In this document: positions 61,085 to 64,000 of the stretch, piece after piece
Layout: each line of letters begins with the position of its first letter
Position numbering within the stretch: position 1 is the stretch's first letter
Assembly (NCBI GenBank): GCA_964503265.1
Contig: CAZCYO010000004.1
Span: 162,157 to 226,156 of the forward strand
Length of the DNA: 64,000 nt
Direction: 5' to 3'
Source of the DNA: an uncultured Gammaproteobacteria bacterium
Lineage (GTDB): Bacteria; Patescibacteriota; Microgenomatia; Levybacterales; UBA12049
Position numbers and translations under genes: made by a program
The notes under the pieces: model-generated
Told to the model about the DNA's origin: nothing
The model's input: the letters and a program-made list of their open reading frames with translations, nothing else
The model's database searches: none

Positions 61085-61903
61085 ATGCGACGAATACTGA
61101 CTAGTCGGTTGTTAACAATCGTACTCACGATGTTGCTCACCCTGGGCGGCGTTGCCGTCCAGGGCCTCAACGCGCAAGCGCTGAGCAGCAACAACATCGC
61201 GACCGTCTCTGCTACGCTGAACATCGTCTTCCCGACTCGCCCTGACATCCAGGTGATCTCCAGCCTCTCCGAGGCTGAGTTCTCTGTGACGAAGGCTTCG
61301 CTCACCGCTCCCAGCGACTTCTGTTTCCCCGAAACGGGCAACTGTATCACTGGGCGCTTCGCCGAGTATTTCTGGGCCATGGGAGGCGTGCCGGTCTTCG
61401 GCTACCCCATCTCGGGGGAGTTCAAAGAGACTAGCGTCACCGATGGCAAGGATCATACCGTCCAGTACTTCCAGCGCAACTTGTTCGAGGCTCACGCCGA
61501 GAACGCGAAGCCGAACGACGTACTGAGCGCGCTCCTCGGTCTCGAGGAGTACAAGTCGCGATACTTCTTCGTCGACGTCAGCCGGATGCTCGAGTTGTAC
61601 TACGGGAAGTTCACCACATCCCCAAATGACATCGGGCCGTTCATCAAGGCGCTCGATGTCGAGTTCAACAGTCGCCTCGGCCACGCCGGGGAAGACATTC
61701 CAAACACCGGTGCTACCGTCAAGGCCGGCTCGGTGTTCTGGACGAACACGGGTGGCAAGCCGATCGGCGGCAGCTACACTGCACTCGCGCAGAACGGCAC
61801 GGTCATCGTGGGTTATGCCCACACCGACGTCTTCGTTCCCACTGGGGGACGCTGGCTTCGCATCTACGGGTTCTTTGACCCGCGGATGATGATCGACAAG
61901 TAG
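61085..61903 (+). CDS. secreted protein carrying the same F..YW..GG..FGYPI...HTVQYF.R repeat as 54592..55767
   Basis: RBS CCAGGAGG. Signal peptide LLTIVLTMLLTLGGVAVQGLNAQA. Repeat CITGRFAEYFWAMGGVPVFGYPISGEFKE...HTVQYFQRNLFEAHAEN...LLG. Confidence 0.5.
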   Translation: MRRILTSRLLTIVLTMLLTLGGVAVQGLNAQALSSNNIATVSATLNIVFPTRPDIQVISSLSEAEFSVTKASLTAPSDFCFPETGNCITGRFAEYFWAMGGVPVFGYPISGEFKETSVTDGKDHTVQYFQRNLFEAHAENAKPNDVLSALLGLEEYKSRYFFVDVSRMLELYYGKFTTSPNDIGPFIKALDVEFNSRLGHAGEDIPNTGATVKAGSVFWTNTGGKPIGGSYTALAQNGTVIVGYAHTDVFVPTGGRWLRIYGFFDPRMMIDK

Positions 61904-62004
61904 TCGGCACAATCTCTCGTCACTGTCTGGACCGGTCCGTCACCTGACGGATCGGTCCCAGACCTAGTGTGAAGAAACAGTTTTCTTCATAGTAGATCTG
62001 TTGA

Positions 62005-62089
62005 CCCGTCATTCTGGAGCCCCGATGTCCATCGGGACGATAGAATCCCAAATAATGTGAGATCCTATCGCTTCGCTCCAGGATGACAA
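62005..62089 (+). mobile_element. variant MITE (gtcattctggagc ... gctccaggatgac) with internal cccgatg-tcc-atcggg palindrome
   Basis: Inverted termini; internal palindrome related to the mobile 16-nt palindrome family. Confidence 0.45.
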
Positions 62090-62117
62090 CGTACAATAAT
62101 CACGCTACACTTACTCT

Positions 62118-62933
62118 ATGACTACTCCACGTATTTCAATCCTTATCCCCGTTTATAACGGCTCTCGTACTATTACGGAAACTATCGATTCTGTGTTTAA
62201 AAGCACCTACACGAACTTTGAAGTGCTTCTGATCAATGACGGAAGTACTGATGACAGCGGAAAGATTTGTGAGGAGTTGGCAAAGACGCATTCTCAGATT
62301 CGTTTTTTTAATCACACAGTCAATCGTGGATTATCTGGCACACTTAATTTCGGGGTCTCTGAAGCCAAAGGAGAATATATCGCACGAATTAATCAGGATG
62401 ACGTCATGACACCAGATCGACTTGAAAAACAGCTCGATTTTTTAACTGCTCATCCAGAGGTAGTGTGTGTCGGTGGTGCGATTGAGCTTTTTACTGACTC
62501 TGGTAAGATAGTTGACCTCGTTCGCTTCCCTCTAACGGATAAAGAACTTAAAGCCAAATGGCTGTATTTAAGTCCATTCTCTGATCCGACAGTCATGTAT
62601 CGGACCGAAACTGTAAAGAAAACAGAGGGCTATACCCAGAAATTCTGGCCAGTGGACGATGTGCATATGTGGTACCAACTAGGAACTATCGGGAAGCTCG
62701 CTAATCTCAAAGACATCGTCACAAAGGTTCGCTGGCATGAAGAAGCAGGGTCAATTAAATCACATAGAACACAAATGAATAAACTTTACGAGCTTCATCT
62801 CTGGGCAGCGACACATATCGAAAAACCCTCACTCTTCGTTCGAACATTTTGGTTTTCCCAGTATATGGCAGGGATTATTTTCCCACCGAAATTTAATTGG
62901 TTTATCTACCGTATCTTAAAGAAATTTAAATAA
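62118..62933 (+). CDS. family-2 glycosyltransferase
   Basis: N-terminal ISILIPVYNGSRTITETIDSV...FEVLLINDGSTDDS...RFFNHTVNRGLSGTLNFG is a typical GT2 GT-A fold signature. Low-GC. Confidence 0.8.
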   Translation: MTTPRISILIPVYNGSRTITETIDSVFKSTYTNFEVLLINDGSTDDSGKICEELAKTHSQIRFFNHTVNRGLSGTLNFGVSEAKGEYIARINQDDVMTPDRLEKQLDFLTAHPEVVCVGGAIELFTDSGKIVDLVRFPLTDKELKAKWLYLSPFSDPTVMYRTETVKKTEGYTQKFWPVDDVHMWYQLGTIGKLANLKDIVTKVRWHEEAGSIKSHRTQMNKLYELHLWAATHIEKPSLFVRTFWFSQYMAGIIFPPKFNWFIYRILKKFK

Positions 62934-62939
62934 TATCTA

Positions 62940-63294
62940 CCTGTCATTCTCGACTCGATCGAGAATCTATAAGATAGCACCATATAAATCTTTAAATTCT
63001 GGATTCTTTGCCTCGATTAACTCTAATTTCCAAGCACGGTTCCAATGCTTCAACTGTTTTTCTCTTACAATTGCATCATGAACATTCTGATATTCTTCAA
63101 AATATAATAGCTTTGTAATGGTATATTTATGTGTAAAACCTTCCGTAAATTTATGTTTATGTTCGTAGATTCTTGTAATTAAGTCGTTTGTTACTCCTAT
63201 ATAGAGTGTTTGGGGTTCACTTCCTAGAATATAGACAAAATACATAAGTATATGGAATTATCTAAGAGATTCCCGATCAGGTCGGGAATGACAG
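62940..63294 (+). mobile_element. full-length hairpin-bounded element encoding the GIY-YIG protein, presumed autonomous parent of the GTCAT MITEs
   Basis: Left end ctgtcattctcgactcgatcgagaatctataagatag and right end tatctaagagattcccgatcaggtcgggaatgacag match the MITE arms at 57586 and 59440. The GIY-YIG ORF replaces the central loop. Confidence 0.6.
62967..63245 (-). CDS. GIY-YIG nuclease-domain protein (UPF0213/YhbQ-like), carried inside a hairpin-bounded mobile element
   Basis: MYFVYILGSEPQTLYIGVTNDLITRIYEHK contains the GIY-(10)-YIG motif; 92 aa. Flanked by the GTCAT-type terminal hairpins of the MITE family. Confidence 0.7.
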   Translation of the reverse strand: MYFVYILGSEPQTLYIGVTNDLITRIYEHKHKFTEGFTHKYTITKLLYFEEYQNVHDAIVREKQLKHWNRAWKLELIEAKNPEFKDLYGAIL

Positions 63295-63296
63295 TA

Positions 63297-63959
63297 CTAA
63301 TTATTTTTCTTTTTAACAATCCATCGTCCAAAAAAGAATATCCCCCCGATCGTCACTATCCAGCCTAGTACCATGAGGCGCTCTGGGGTATAAAATACGT
63401 AGAGGGTTTTACTGCCGGTTACTCCGCTCATTTCATAACAGTTCGCAAAACCGTCACATTTACTTGAGGAGTAGGATTTCCCTAGGCCGAAGAGCACTCC
63501 CATCCAGCTATCATAGAGCTTCCACTGGGAATCAAATCCTTCGTTAAAAAGAAGCATGCTTTTTTCGTTCGCCTTAAGGTTCGTTACTGACAATTTCCAC
63601 AGGGATGGTAAGAGATGTGTGCTTTTAGTGACATCAGCAACATGATAGGTAGCAGTCGTATTACCTGGACTGAGTGACAACTCTTTCCAGGCACTCGGAT
63701 ATGGCTGAAAAGAAAAGCCGCTAAGAAGCATCATTCCTTCGTTTTCAGAATCTTGGTGGATCGAAATCTCTTTCATCGCGGTATCAGAAAGGCCAGGAAT
63801 TCCTCCGAAATAGCCATATGCTGTTTGTAACGGTGCTTTTTCAAGTTGACTGGTTATTTTTTCATTTGTTCTGGTCTGAAAAAGAGAGTCGTACCATAAT
63901 TCTGGATTTTGGTATGTTTTAAATCCTGGCACATCGGGATATCCCTGCTGAAGCGACAA
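63297..63959 (-). CDS. hypothetical extracytoplasmic protein with C-terminal TM anchor
   Basis: C-terminal helix LGWIVTIGGIFFFGRWIV followed by KKKNN. The N-terminus may extend beyond the window. Confidence 0.35.
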   Translation of the reverse strand: MSLQQGYPDVPGFKTYQNPELWYDSLFQTRTNEKITSQLEKAPLQTAYGYFGGIPGLSDTAMKEISIHQDSENEGMMLLSGFSFQPYPSAWKELSLSPGNTTATYHVADVTKSTHLLPSLWKLSVTNLKANEKSMLLFNEGFDSQWKLYDSWMGVLFGLGKSYSSSKCDGFANCYEMSGVTGSKTLYVFYTPERLMVLGWIVTIGGIFFFGRWIVKKKNN

Positions 63960-64000
63960 ATATTCATCGGCGTATGAATAAAATTGATCAGCGACGAGTA

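Noticed and set aside
47600-61950. Prophage or integrative conjugative element
   Set aside because: No integrase, terminase, portal, capsid, tail, relaxase or VirB-type genes. Gene content is surface proteins, lipoproteins and micro-peptides, interrupted by host-type repeats.
47600-61950. Metagenome assembly chimera joining a high-GC organism to the low-GC genome
   Set aside because: GC switches occur at more than ten points rather than one. Low-GC spacers inside the region carry repeats identical to core-genome copies (for example the 16-nt palindrome in comEA, and the promoter module of the DUF11 genes). This cannot be fully excluded without reads.
1-64000. Alternative genetic code with UGA recoded (code 25/4) as in some CPR lineages
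   Set aside because: Long housekeeping ORFs (leuS 846 aa, rho, the 3998-aa gene) are uninterrupted under the standard code and end at appropriate positions.

Overview
Low-GC (~35-42% by eye), gene-dense bacterial chromosome segment read with the standard genetic code. The gene content suggests a small-genome bacterium with a Gram-positive-type envelope, possibly Candidate Phyla Radiation/Patescibacteria; this is inference, no search was run. Left to right, the window holds: natural-competence genes comEC and comEA, leuS, and a cluster of paralogous secreted proteins with conserved C-termini interleaved with membrane-anchored partners, resembling WxL/Csc-type surface clusters. A 1.25-kb AT-rich leader follows, then two tandem giant surface-protein genes (3998 aa and 3387 aa) with extensive internal repeats. 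The first giant protein starts with two cytoplasmic tyrosine-recombinase core-binding (integrase N-terminal SAM-like) domains. Downstream are a hypothetical gene, an O-antigen-ligase-like TPR protein, tRNA-Ala, an M23/LysM peptidase, rho, a DUF11-like surface protein, a lipoprotein and a TraD/VirD4-like ATPase. From about 47.6 to 62 kb the sequence becomes a mosaic. High-GC blocks (roughly 55-75%, with strong AAGGAGG ribosome-binding sites and Ala/Pro/Arg-rich products) alternate with low-GC host-type modules. The host-type modules are a recurring TTGACAA-N16-18-TATACT promoter, a family of ~120-nt elements bounded by the direct repeat gcacattRac, GTCAT-terminated hairpin MITEs with one full-length GIY-YIG-encoding copy, and a 16-nt mobile palindrome, one copy of which sits in-frame inside comEA. 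The window ends with a GT2 glycosyltransferase, the GIY-YIG element and a membrane protein. No CRISPR array, rRNA, integrase gene or phage structural gene was seen.
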